The notes beneath the pieces were generated by a model, which had not been told where the DNA came from, did no database searches, and was given only the letters and a program-made list of their open reading frames with translations. Below are positions 20,621 through 30,522 of a stretch of 37,702 bases of DNA, piece by piece. The translations under genes were made by a program, and so were the position numbers. The stretch comes from Limisphaerales bacterium (GTDB lineage: Bacteria > Verrucomicrobiota > Verrucomicrobiia > Limisphaerales > SIBE01). The first letter of the stretch is position 1, and each line of letters starts with the position of its first letter. The stretch covers positions 1-37,702 of the forward strand of contig JBGAIN010000078.1 in NCBI GenBank assembly GCA_044225505.1. Reading direction: 5' to 3'.

Positions 20621-23170
20621 ATGCCGGAACCCAAAGACCCTAACGCCCCGAATCCTGCGCCTGAGGAAAAGACGCCCCTTTTCGCCGCCAATGAGAAGGT
20701 GGCCAAGGTCAACGTGGCGGAGGAGATCAAGAATTCGTTCTTGGACTATTAGTGCGCCCGCATCGTCGGCGAGACAATGGGTAAATACCATCCCCACGGC
20801 GACCAGGCTATTTATCCTACCCTCGTCCATATGGCGCAGCCGTGGGCGATGCGCGAGACGCTCGTGGATGGACAAGGGAACTTCGGTTCGGTAGAGGCGG
20901 ATCCTCCAGCGGCGATGCGGTATACGGAAGCGCGTCTAACGCATTTGGGTGCGGTTTTGATGGTGGATATGGACAAGGCCACGGTGGATTTTGTTCCGAC
21001 ATACGATGAGGAACACGACGAGCCGGTAGTTCTGCCCGCCGCTTTCCCGAATCTATTGATTAACGGCGGGACGGGAATTGCTGTCGGCATGGCCACGAAC
21101 ATGCCGCCTCATAACCTGGGTGAGGTTGTGGACGGCATTTGTGCGCAGATTGACAATCCTGCCATCACCAACGCTCAGCTCATGAAGTTTATCAAAGGCC
21201 CGGATTTTCCCACCGGGTGCATGCTCTGCGGCGTGGATGGCATTCGGCAATATCTCCAAACCGGGCGAGGCAGTCTTAAAGTCCGTGGAAAAGTGGGATT
21301 GGAAGAACTTAAAGGCAATCGTGAGCAGATTGTCGTGACGGAGATCCCATACGGCGTGAACCGAGCGTTGTTGGTGGAGCGAATCGCGGAGTTGGTCAAC
21401 GAAAAGACCCCAGGTTTGACGGATATCACAGCGGTTCGCGATGAATCCGACGAGAACACCCGCGTGGTCATTGAAGTCAAGCGTGACGCTGTTCCCAAAG
21501 TGGTCATTAACAATCTCTACAAATTCACACAGCTCGAAAGTTCCTTCGCGGTGAACATGCTCGCCATCGACCATGGCCGCCCGAAAACGCTGAGCTTGCG
21601 TGAACTGATTAGTTGTTACATCGAGCACCGCCGTGAAGTTGTGCTGCGTCGGACGCGCTATGATTTAAAGAAGGCGGAAGAACGGGCCGAGATTCTCGAA
21701 GGGCTCCTCATTACGCTCGGGAATTTGGACGAGTTTATCCGCATTATTCGAACCTCGGCCAATCGTGATGAAGCCAAGGTGAAGTTGCTCGCGTTTGACT
21801 TTGTCCGAGCGACGGTGGAGCGCTGGGGCGTTCTGGTGCGAAGTGAGGCCCGGTTAACCAACGGCCTTTATGCCCTGAGCGAAGTCCAAGTTAATGCGAT
21901 TCTCGACATGCGGCTTTACCAGCTCACCGGCCTAGAGCGTGACAAGATCAAAGCCGAATACACGGAATTGTGGGAGAAGATCAAGGATCTGCTCGACATC
22001 CTCGCGCGAGAGGACCGAGTGATGTCGATCATTAAGTCGGAGCTTCTGGAGATCAAAGAGAAATACGCGACTCCGCGGCGCACCGAGATTGTGCCGGACG
22101 AAGGCGAGATCGCGATCGAGGATTTGATTGCGAACGAAGGGGTCATCATCACCATCACGCATAACGGCCTGATCAAGCGGACCAATGTCAGTTCTTATCG
22201 TGCTCAGCGGCGGGGAGGCAAAGGAGTGATCGGGATGACAACGCGAGAGGTAACGACCGAAGGGGAGGCAGAGGATTTTGTTGAGCATCTTTTTACGGCG
22301 AGTACCCATGATTACCTGATGTTCTTCACGAACACCGGACGCGCTTATGTCGAGCGTGTCCACGAGATTCCGGACATGGGACGAGCTGCGAAAGGGCGCA
22401 GTATAGCGAATCTGCTCGAGTTGCAGTCCGGCGAAAAGATTGCCGCCCTGATTCGTATTTCAGCCAAGTACGGCCCGAATAAGGAAGACATCACGTGGGA
22501 GCAAACGGCGTATCTGTTCTTTGCGACTCAGCAAGGGACGGTTAAGAAGACGGCTTTGGCCGAATTTGGTAACGTCCGTAAAGGGGGCATCATCGCCATT
22601 AGCATTGAGACGGGCGATGCGCTGATCGACGTTAAGCTGACCAGTGGCGCGGACCAGGTGGTGATGATCACAAGGGAAGGCCAAAGTATTCGGTTTTCCG
22701 AAGAGGACGTCCGTTCGATGGGCCGTCCGGCCGCTGGGGTGCGCGGAATCAGCCTGGAAAGCAGCGACGCAGTTGTAGCGCTGGCCGTGGTTGTAGCAAA
22801 TGCGACGCTGCTGGTTGCAGGCGAGAATGGCGTGGGTAAGCGCACCAATTTTGACGAGTACCGGCTCCAGTCGAGGGGTGGGAAGGGTATCATCACGATG
22901 AAGACCACCGACAAGACCGGTAATGTGGTAGGTGCTTTAACCGTGAACGAGTCAGACGAGATCATGCTGATCACGGTGGGTGGGCAAATGGTTCGAATTG
23001 AGGTGAAAGGCATCCGCGAAGCCGGGCGCAACACACAAGGTGTCAAACTGATCAATTTAGACTCTGCGGACAAACTCAAGGCGGTCGCTCCCGTGATTAG
23101 CGAAGACAAAGCGGATGAAAGTGAACCCTCTGCGCCGGAGCCAGACCCAGGCGCGAGCACGCCGGAGTGA
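20621..23170 (+). pseudogene. gyrA: DNA gyrase subunit A, interrupted as assembled by an in-frame deletion creating TAG at 20750-20752
   Basis: ATG 20621 reads MPEPKD...EEIKNSFLDY* and continues in the same frame as CARIVGETMGKYHPHGD. The catalytic AAMRYTEARL and the GyrA-box QRRGGKG are intact. The conserved segment containing RALPDxRDGLKP is absent. Confidence 0.88.
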
Positions 23171-23515
23171 TTCGGCGCGGACTCCGCGCAGACGCTGGAT
23201 TGGGTATCGCCCTATCCAGCGGGATACCGACCTATAGAATCCGTGCTGTGCGGGGACCCGATCACCGGGCTGCGATTTGCGAACCGGGCTGAAAACGGTT
23301 TCCAGCCCAGTTATTCGAGGTTGCGTCCTCACGGATAGTTCCTCCGCGTTCCTCTTCTCCGGGAAATCCTGCCAGCCGAGCGGCCGTGACGGCGAGCATT
23401 GGCACGCAGCGTTGCGGCCAGAGGGCGTCAGTGCAAGGACATCATCTCCAGGGTTGAATTCCTCAGCGCTTTCGACGACAAATGCCGAGCTGGATGGAAA
23501 GTCGTATTTGGACCG

Positions 23516-26500
23516 ATGCACAAGATCGAGATGAGTCCTTTGCCTGGCGAACGCATGGTGCGCTTTGTCGGGGATTATGTTCGTTTCTCACTGCGGACCC
23601 GCGACCACGGTCGTTCGCCTTCTGGCCAGGCATTCCTGCGCACGAATTTGGGGCGGGCAGCGCAGGTGCAAGATGAGGTGATTCGTTCCTATGCGAACAA
23701 GCTTCCACTCGCTGGGGCGGCCTGGCGAGACGTTGCCATGCATGGAGCGGCAGGCGACTGGTGGATTGAGCTTCCCTTAGCGGAAGTCGGCTTTTTCCAA
23801 GCGAAAGCCTACCTGATCGATCTGGAGGGCCGACAATTTTGGCCGGAAGGTCACAACTGCGGTATCACCGTTCACCCAAATCACTATCGGACGGCCAATA
23901 CGGTCTATTGTGCATTTGCGCGTATGTTTGGCGGCCGTCCTGCTCCGGATTCAGGCGGGAGTCCTGCGATCGACGCACAATTGGCGCGGTTGGATGCTCT
24001 GGGCTACGCAGTCATTCCTCCGTCGGGAAAGCTGCGGGATTTGACTAAAGCACTGCCGCATGTCATCGAAACGTTGGGCTGTCGAGTCCTGCACTTGCTA
24101 CCGGTCAATCCGACTCCGACGACCTACGCTCGGTTTGGACGATTTGGCAGCCCGTACGCCTCGCAAGATTTGCTCTTGATCGATCCTGCGTTGGTTGAAT
24201 TTGATCGTCGAACGACGGGAGTCGATCAGTTTCGGGAACTGGCCTATGAAGCGCACCGGCGTGGCGCCCGGGTATTTCTTGACATTGTTACGAATCACAC
24301 TGGTTGGGGATCGACCTTGCAGGAGCATCATCCCGAGTGGTTTTTGCGAGAACACGACGGCAAGTTCGCTTGTCCCGGGGCCTGGGGCGTCACTTGGGAA
24401 GACCTGGTTGAATTGGATCATCGCAACCCAGCTTCTTGGGAACATCTGGCTGAGGTGTTTTTGACTTGGTGCCGTCGTGGGGTAGATGGCTTTCGTTGCG
24501 ACGCGGGCTACAAAGTTCCCATGGCAGCGTGGAGATATATCACGGCCTGCGTACGGCGAGAATATCCGGAGACCGTCTTCTTGCTGGAAGGCTTGGGCGG
24601 ATCTTGGGATGCGACGGAGAGCTTACTGACGGACGGTGGAATGCAATGGGCATATTCCGAACTTTTCCAGAACTATTCGGGTTTGGAAGTGGCCAATTAC
24701 TTGGATTACGCGCATCGCCAAAGCCAGCGCGCCGGTCTTTATATCCATTACAGCGAAACCCACGACAATGACCGGTTAGCGAAACGCGGCCGGCTTTGGT
24801 CGCTGCTGCGAAACCGGCTTTCCGCCCTCGCGAGTGTCAGCGGTGGCTACGGGTTTACGTGCGGGGTAGAGTGGCTCGCGACCGAGCAAATCAATGTGCA
24901 CTCCAATCGCAACCTGAATTGGGGAAGCGCCAACAACCTTCTCCCAGAACTCGCACGGTTGAATCGGTTGTTAGCGGAGCATCCCTGCTTTTTCGACGGA
25001 GCCAAGCTGATGCGCCTGAGTTCGCCAGATGCCAGCGTCTACGCTTTGCGGCGCGATTCTGAAGAAGGGCTCGATCGTGTCCTGGTCTTGGTGAACACAG
25101 ATATCGAGCGTGAGCAAGTGTTCTTGCTGATTCCGGAGCAGGCGTCCGAACTCGGCGAGTTGAAGGTGGATTTACTCACGGCGGCTGTTCCGCCGGCCCA
25201 CATCAATGCTTCCGGCGAGGTGAAGATCCGTTTGGCCCCTGGGGCTGCGCATTGTCTCAGTTCGACGGCCTCACCGGAGGGCTTGAGCGGAGAGAATTAT
25301 CGCCGCGCTCGGGCTTGTGCGGCCTTTGCCATCGAGGCGGCGAACCAGTTGCTTCCGGTCGAAGCACTCGGTCGATTTTCATGGCCGGCTCTGGCGCGCC
25401 GAGTCGATCGCGCCCCGGAGAGCTTTTTAGCAACATTGTCCTCGATTGTTGCCGCCGCCCGGCCGGCTGCAGAAGCGCTCACGGCGGCGGACGAGGTCTC
25501 CCTGGAAAGGACCTATCCTCAAGTTGTCACTTGGCAATTGCCCGATCGTCGACGGATTTTCATGGTGCCGCCCAATCACTGGTTGTTGATTCGTGATGAC
25601 TGTCGCTTCCGGGCGCGTTTGATCCAATCGCAGACGCATGCTCCGGTCCATCAGCATTCCACACAAGTGGCGCAGGGATATGTCGCTTGTTTTGCTCCGC
25701 GGTCTGCTGGGATCGCCCAGTTGTTTCTCGAGCGCTACGCTCCGACTGAACCTCAGGTGCACGCGGTCGTTCGGTTTCTTGGGGCTGGACCCGATCAGCA
25801 AAGCGAGAAGATTCTAAGCGAAGCGGAGCAACCTTTGCGACAAGAAGGGACGATGTTGCTACTAACCAATGGTCGTGGAGGGATGGCCAGGCTTTGCGCG
25901 GACTTAGGCGGAATCCGTTCGAAGTATGACTGTTTGTTGGGAGCGAACTTGCATCCAGAAGTGCCGACCGATCGTCATATCTTTGCAAAGCGTTGTCGCG
26001 TCTGGCTGACCGCGGATCGGTTTATCACCCCGCTCAATCAAGGCAACCTGGTCGCTTGCGAGCCGGGTCCGCCTGCGGCCTGGCGGTTCCTGGGCAACGC
26101 TGGGGACGGACGCACAGTCGAGGTCGAGCTGGAAGTCGACATGCTCGAGGGGTGGAATACCACGGTGCTATGCTTTCGTCGGCATGACATGGCTTCAGCA
26201 ATGCCTTCACCCACCCAAGCTCGGCTGACCGTTCGAATCGATCTCGAAGATCGTAACTTTCACTCCGAGACAATGCGTAATGGAGGAGCGGATTACCATT
26301 TCTCGAGCCATTGCCGACCACTGAGCGGACGCGTTGGCTTCGAGTTCACCCCCGCGACCGATCGTCAATTGCGGGTTTATGCGAATGCCGGGTTTTATCA
26401 TCACGAAGGGGAATGGTCGGAGCGCATTCCACATCCCGTTGAGCAAACCCGTGGACAAGTGGGACACGGCGACGCCTACAGTCCTGGTTGGTTCGACTTG

Positions 26501-27853
26501 CCCCTCGCGCCCGGAGAGCCGGTCTTTCTGGTCGTTTGCGCTGACCCAGTCGATCCTTCCGAGGAGGCGATTCGCCAATACCAAGCCAGCCGGGCAAGCC
26601 TGAACTCCAGTCGCCTCGCCCTGGCTGGATTGGCCAGCAACGATCTGTTCGGCCGACGATTGGTATTGGCTTCCCACCAGTTCGTGGCGCGCCGCGGTGA
26701 GGGGAAGACGGTCATCGCTGGGTATCCCTGGTTCTTGGATTGGGGCCGAGATACTTTGATCTGCGCGCGGGGCTTGGGGGCCGCGGGTTTGTGGGAGGAT
26801 GTGCGTCGAATTCTGATAACGTTTGGCCGTTTTGAATCTGGCGGCACGTTACCGAATAGCATTCACGGTGAGGACGCGTCGAATCGCGATACTTCCGATG
26901 CGCCGCTTTGGTACGGCGTGGTTTGTGCCGAGGCATCGGCGGGAGGTGCGCGACCTCTCTACAGCCTGGTCGTTGACCGTCAGGGGCGGACCATCCTTGA
27001 CGTGCTTCGGAGCATCGCCAGCCATTACCTTCAAGGCACGGCCAACGGCATCCGGGTTGATATCGAATCTGGGTTGGTCTGGAGCCCGAGTCATTTCACA
27101 TGGATGGACACCAATTACCCCGCTGGGACCCCGCGTCAAGGGTATCCCATCGAGATTCAGGTTCTCTGGATCCAGCTCCTCAAAGTGCTGGCTGAGGCTG
27201 ATATTTCCGGGCGACCTCGATGGACCATGCTGGCTCAACAAGCGGAAGCGTCCGTGCAGAGTCTGTTTTGGCTCGAGTCTCAAGGATACCTCGCGGACTG
27301 TCTTCTGGCGGGGCCAGGCCAAGCCGCGAGTGCCGGAATTGTTGATACAGCGTTGCGCAGCAATGCGCTCTTTGCTGTCTCCTTTGGAATCATCACAGGC
27401 GAAAAGGCGCGGCGCGTCGTGAGTGCGGCGCAGGCACATCTTGTGGTTCCAGGCGCGCTCCGATCGCTCGCGCCGCTTCCGGTTTCGCCGCCGTTGCCGA
27501 TCGTCGGGCCCCACGGGAGCCCGCTAAATAATCCACGGGAACCCTATTGGGGGGAATACTCGGGAGATGAAGATACGCGTCGCAAACCGGCTTACCATAA
27601 TGGGACCGCGTGGACGTGGACGTTTCCGACGTTTTGCGAAGCGGTGGTCCAGGCGTGGGATCGCCAGCCCTCTGCGATCGCCGCGGCCAAGGCGTATCTG
27701 GGAAGCCTCGATCATTTGCTTGGCGAAGGGTGTCTCGGCCAATTACCGGAGATAGTGGATGGAGACGCTCCGCACGCGCAGCGTGGCTGCGACGCCCAAG
27801 CCTGGGGAGTCACCGAAGCTCTGCGGGTCTGGCGTTGGTTGCAGAGCCTTTGA
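23516..27853 (+). CDS. Glycogen debranching enzyme: GH13 alpha-amylase-like domain fused to amylo-alpha-1,6-glucosidase (GH133-like)
   Basis: GH13 motifs DIVTNHT, DGFRCDAG, LLEG and ETHDN; GDE_N motif LLTNGRGG; C-terminal motifs AGYPWFLDWGRDT, TWMD, AYHNGTAW, LPEIVDG and AQAW. ATG 23516 is preferred over the TTG at 23399. Confidence 0.9.
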   Translation: MHKIEMSPLPGERMVRFVGDYVRFSLRTRDHGRSPSGQAFLRTNLGRAAQVQDEVIRSYANKLPLAGAAWRDVAMHGAAGDWWIELPLAEVGFFQAKAYLIDLEGRQFWPEGHNCGITVHPNHYRTANTVYCAFARMFGGRPAPDSGGSPAIDAQLARLDALGYAVIPPSGKLRDLTKALPHVIETLGCRVLHLLPVNPTPTTYARFGRFGSPYASQDLLLIDPALVEFDRRTTGVDQFRELAYEAHRRGARVFLDIVTNHTGWGSTLQEHHPEWFLREHDGKFACPGAWGVTWEDLVELDHRNPASWEHLAEVFLTWCRRGVDGFRCDAGYKVPMAAWRYITACVRREYPETVFLLEGLGGSWDATESLLTDGGMQWAYSELFQNYSGLEVANYLDYAHRQSQRAGLYIHYSETHDNDRLAKRGRLWSLLRNRLSALASVSGGYGFTCGVEWLATEQINVHSNRNLNWGSANNLLPELARLNRLLAEHPCFFDGAKLMRLSSPDASVYALRRDSEEGLDRVLVLVNTDIEREQVFLLIPEQASELGELKVDLLTAAVPPAHINASGEVKIRLAPGAAHCLSSTASPEGLSGENYRRARACAAFAIEAANQLLPVEALGRFSWPALARRVDRAPESFLATLSSIVAAARPAAEALTAADEVSLERTYPQVVTWQLPDRRRIFMVPPNHWLLIRDDCRFRARLIQSQTHAPVHQHSTQVAQGYVACFAPRSAGIAQLFLERYAPTEPQVHAVVRFLGAGPDQQSEKILSEAEQPLRQEGTMLLLTNGRGGMARLCADLGGIRSKYDCLLGANLHPEVPTDRHIFAKRCRVWLTADRFITPLNQGNLVACEPGPPAAWRFLGNAGDGRTVEVELEVDMLEGWNTTVLCFRRHDMASAMPSPTQARLTVRIDLEDRNFHSETMRNGGADYHFSSHCRPLSGRVGFEFTPATDRQLRVYANAGFYHHEGEWSERIPHPVEQTRGQVGHGDAYSPGWFDLPLAPGEPVFLVVCADPVDPSEEAIRQYQASRASLNSSRLALAGLASNDLFGRRLVLASHQFVARRGEGKTVIAGYPWFLDWGRDTLICARGLGAAGLWEDVRRILITFGRFESGGTLPNSIHGEDASNRDTSDAPLWYGVVCAEASAGGARPLYSLVVDRQGRTILDVLRSIASHYLQGTANGIRVDIESGLVWSPSHFTWMDTNYPAGTPRQGYPIEIQVLWIQLLKVLAEADISGRPRWTMLAQQAEASVQSLFWLESQGYLADCLLAGPGQAASAGIVDTALRSNALFAVSFGIITGEKARRVVSAAQAHLVVPGALRSLAPLPVSPPLPIVGPHGSPLNNPREPYWGEYSGDEDTRRKPAYHNGTAWTWTFPTFCEAVVQAWDRQPSAIAAAKAYLGSLDHLLGEGCLGQLPEIVDGDAPHAQRGCDAQAWGVTEALRVWRWLQSL

Positions 27854-27891
27854 GTGCCGACGGGGAGCGTGGGCGGACGAAGTTTTCTGTT

Positions 27892-28260
27892 CTATCCGCG
27901 ATTCCGTTTGTGAACAATGAGGCTGTTGCCGTCCGGATCGTAGATCGCGGCCATCTGGCAGACGGGAGTTGGGAACGGTTCGATTCGGAACTTCACCGCA
28001 TGCGCTCGCAGTTGTTGGATCGCGGCGTCGAAATCGGCTACTTCAAAGGCCACGGAACAGCCATCGGCACTCGGCTTGAACCCGGGGGTGCACCCGAGGC
28101 TCAAGGTATGCGGCCCGATTTCATATTCCACCCACTGTCCGTTGGGCGTATTGACGACATGAGTCGGCGCTAGATTCAGAACTGTTTCGTAGAAGTGACG
28201 TGCTCGGGGCATGTCCAGAACGGCGTAGCATGAAAATGCGATTTCGTTTACTTTGAGCAT
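27892..28260 (-). CDS. VOC/glyoxalase family protein
   Basis: Motifs DMPRARHFYETVL, VAFEVADFD and IYDPDGNSLIVH. Confidence 0.9.
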   Translation of the reverse strand: MLKVNEIAFSCYAVLDMPRARHFYETVLNLAPTHVVNTPNGQWVEYEIGPHTLSLGCTPGFKPSADGCSVAFEVADFDAAIQQLRAHAVKFRIEPFPTPVCQMAAIYDPDGNSLIVHKRNRG

Positions 28261-28317
28261 ACAACCTTGTCAGTTTATTCCCGAAGACTAACGAAGGCCG
28301 ACGATGGCGGCAACTGT

Positions 28318-28773
28318 TCAGCCTCTCTGATTTGCCTGAAACCATTGCGTGCGCAACGCCTGGCTAATACTGACAAGCGATGCGAAAGTGCTCGGTTTCA
28401 CGATGTAGGAATTGGCCCCGAGTTGGTAAGCCCGCGTCACGTCCCGTTCGTTGCCCGACGTGCTCAGCACGATAAATGGGATTTTGCACAGGGCAGGGTG
28501 ACTCTTGACAGCGTGCAAGAGTTCAAACCCGTCCATGATCGGCATTATCAGATCGCAGACAATGCACACCGGGAGCGTGCCGCTTTGTTCCGTTCGGATC
28601 AAGTAGTCGCGAGCGTGTTGACCATCACACTCGCGGTGGATCGCGGCCGGCATTCCTACTTGTCGAAACGCGCGCTCCAGAAAATAGAAATCGTCCGCGT
28701 TATCTTCTACCACCAGCACGGATGGAAGTAAGGTGAGCTTCGGGTCTGGGTTGTTAGGCAGCGCCGTTGCCAT
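28318..28773 (-). CDS. Single-domain response regulator (CheY/Rcp1-like receiver)
   Basis: Motifs LVVEDNADD, phosphoacceptor CDLIMPIMDGFELL, IPFIVLSTS and GANSYIVKP. Confidence 0.92.
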   Translation of the reverse strand: MATALPNNPDPKLTLLPSVLVVEDNADDFYFLERAFRQVGMPAAIHRECDGQHARDYLIRTEQSGTLPVCIVCDLIMPIMDGFELLHAVKSHPALCKIPFIVLSTSGNERDVTRAYQLGANSYIVKPSTFASLVSISQALRTQWFQANQRG

Positions 28774-28959
28774 ACACCAGCTGGTTCAGTCCGTTTCTAG
28801 TTCCTGCGTCATCGGCCAAGGGTGGCTTGCCCAATGTACCCCACCATCATCCGATCACTCGCCTGAGTCAAGGTTTCAGCACGATTCGTGACGAAAGGTT
28901 CGACAGTCCATCGGTTTTGGCCCAAACTGCAGCATACTGCGAGACAACGATAATTGCCT

Positions 28960-30450
28960 ATGAGAACGTTACTCCTCGGTATCGACAGCGGCACGCAATC
29001 GACTAAGGCCCTGGTAGTTGACGCCAAGAATGGCGCAGTCATGGGCTCTGCGGCCCAAGCGTACGACTTGATCCCTGATCTACCCCCCGGTGCAAAAGAA
29101 CAGCACCCCCACACCTGGCGCGATGCGACGGCCAAAGCGATTCGGCAGGCGTTACGCCTCGCGCGGGCCAAAACCGGGGAAGTTAAGGCGATTGGCGTGA
29201 GCGGCCAGCAACACGGATTTGTTCCGTTGGATGAAGACGGCGAGGTCATTCGCCCGGCGAAGTTATGGTGTGACACGTCAACTGCGGAAGAGTGTGCGGA
29301 GATTACCGAGCAGGTGGGCGGACTCAAAGCCACGATCCGGTCTTTAGGGAATGCGGTGTTGCCTGGCTTTACGGCGTCCAAGATTCTCTGGCTAAAGAAG
29401 CATGAGCCCGAAAACTACCGGCGTTTGGCCACCGTGCTCCTGCCTCACGATTACCTGAATTATTGGTTGACCGGCGAGAAGGCAATGGAATATGGCGATG
29501 CCAGTGGCACGGCGCTGTTGGATGTGAAGAAGCGCCGCTGGTCCCTGGATGTGTTGGAAGCGATCGATGTTGGGTTGGCTGGAAAGCTGCCGCCGCTCAT
29601 CTCGAGTGATCGACCCGTCGGCACGCTTCAGCCCGGGACGGCGAAAGACCTGGGCTTGACCACCGACGTCCTGGTGAGCGCGGGGGGGGGCGACAACATG
29701 ATGGGCGCGATTGGCACCGGAAACACTCGCGAAGGGGTCATTACCGCCAGCTTTGGCACGAGCGGCACGATCTATGCCTGTTCGGAAAAACCGATCGTTG
29801 ATCCGAAAGGCGAGATCGCTGCGTTTTGCGATTCGACGAATCGCTGGCTCCCTTTGCTCTGCACCATGAATGTGACCGTTGCCACCGAGATGGTCCGACG
29901 GGACTTCAATTGGACGCATCAACGCATGGATGCTGCCGTTGCCAAGGCGCCCCCTGGGGCCCGTGGACTCTTGCTGTTACCCTACCTGGAAGGAGAACGG
30001 ACCCCGAACGTCCCCGATGGGAGCGGGACGTACCTCGGAGTCACGCCCAAGACGTTCAATGCGGAATGTTATGCGCGCGCAGCGATGGAAGGGGTCACCC
30101 TTGGGATGACCCAGATTCGCGCGACCGGTGGCGGCGCCAACTCGAAAATCTGGCGGCAGATAATGGCGGACGTTTTCAACGCGGAGGTTGTGACGTTGAA
30201 AGTGGGTGAAGGAGCTGCGTATGGTGCGGCGCTGCAAGCCCTCTGGTGCTGGCGCCAGCAGCAAGGGGAGGATGTTTCGATCGCCGACATCACGGACGAG
30301 TTTGTCCAAATCCACAAAGCTGAAACTGCCGAGCCCAAGAAAGAAAACGTCCGCATCTACGAAGAGTTGCAAGCGATCCAGGACGAGATGTCCGACGCCC
30401 TTCGCGACGTCTTCACCAAGCATCGGCAGTTCGTGCTGCGAGAAGGGTAA
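28960..30450 (+). CDS. xylB: Xylulokinase (FGGY family), with an apparent in-frame loss of ~14 codons near 30109
   Basis: Motifs LGIDSGTQSTK, GVSGQQHG, RPAKLWCD, FTASKILW, DASGT, GGGDN, PYLEGERTP and GAAYGAA. Confidence 0.88.
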   Translation: MRTLLLGIDSGTQSTKALVVDAKNGAVMGSAAQAYDLIPDLPPGAKEQHPHTWRDATAKAIRQALRLARAKTGEVKAIGVSGQQHGFVPLDEDGEVIRPAKLWCDTSTAEECAEITEQVGGLKATIRSLGNAVLPGFTASKILWLKKHEPENYRRLATVLLPHDYLNYWLTGEKAMEYGDASGTALLDVKKRRWSLDVLEAIDVGLAGKLPPLISSDRPVGTLQPGTAKDLGLTTDVLVSAGGGDNMMGAIGTGNTREGVITASFGTSGTIYACSEKPIVDPKGEIAAFCDSTNRWLPLLCTMNVTVATEMVRRDFNWTHQRMDAAVAKAPPGARGLLLLPYLEGERTPNVPDGSGTYLGVTPKTFNAECYARAAMEGVTLGMTQIRATGGGANSKIWRQIMADVFNAEVVTLKVGEGAAYGAALQALWCWRQQQGEDVSIADITDEFVQIHKAETAEPKKENVRIYEELQAIQDEMSDALRDVFTKHRQFVLREG

Positions 30451-30498
30451 TCGTCGCGCGGGCCGTTTGAGCAGTTTTCGGAATCGACAGGCGCGTCC

Positions 30499-30522
30499 GT
30501 TCTGAGTAGCTCTAATCAGAAC
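30499..30522. promoter_or_regulatory. Imperfect 24-bp palindrome immediately before the esterase start codon (candidate operator)
   Basis: GTTCTGA-G-TAG-CT-CTA-A-TCAGAAC; 10 of 12 positions pair, and it abuts ATG 30523. Confidence 0.35.

Noticed and set aside
20577..20894. ORF bridging gyrB and gyrA that might imply a programmed frameshift
   Set aside because: It is an off-frame translation with no GyrA motifs; the true N-terminus (20621) is already in frame with the downstream part.
23400..23415. sigma54-like TGGCACGCAGCGTTGC upstream of the debranching enzyme
   Set aside because: GG and GC are 11 nt apart, whereas RpoN requires 10.
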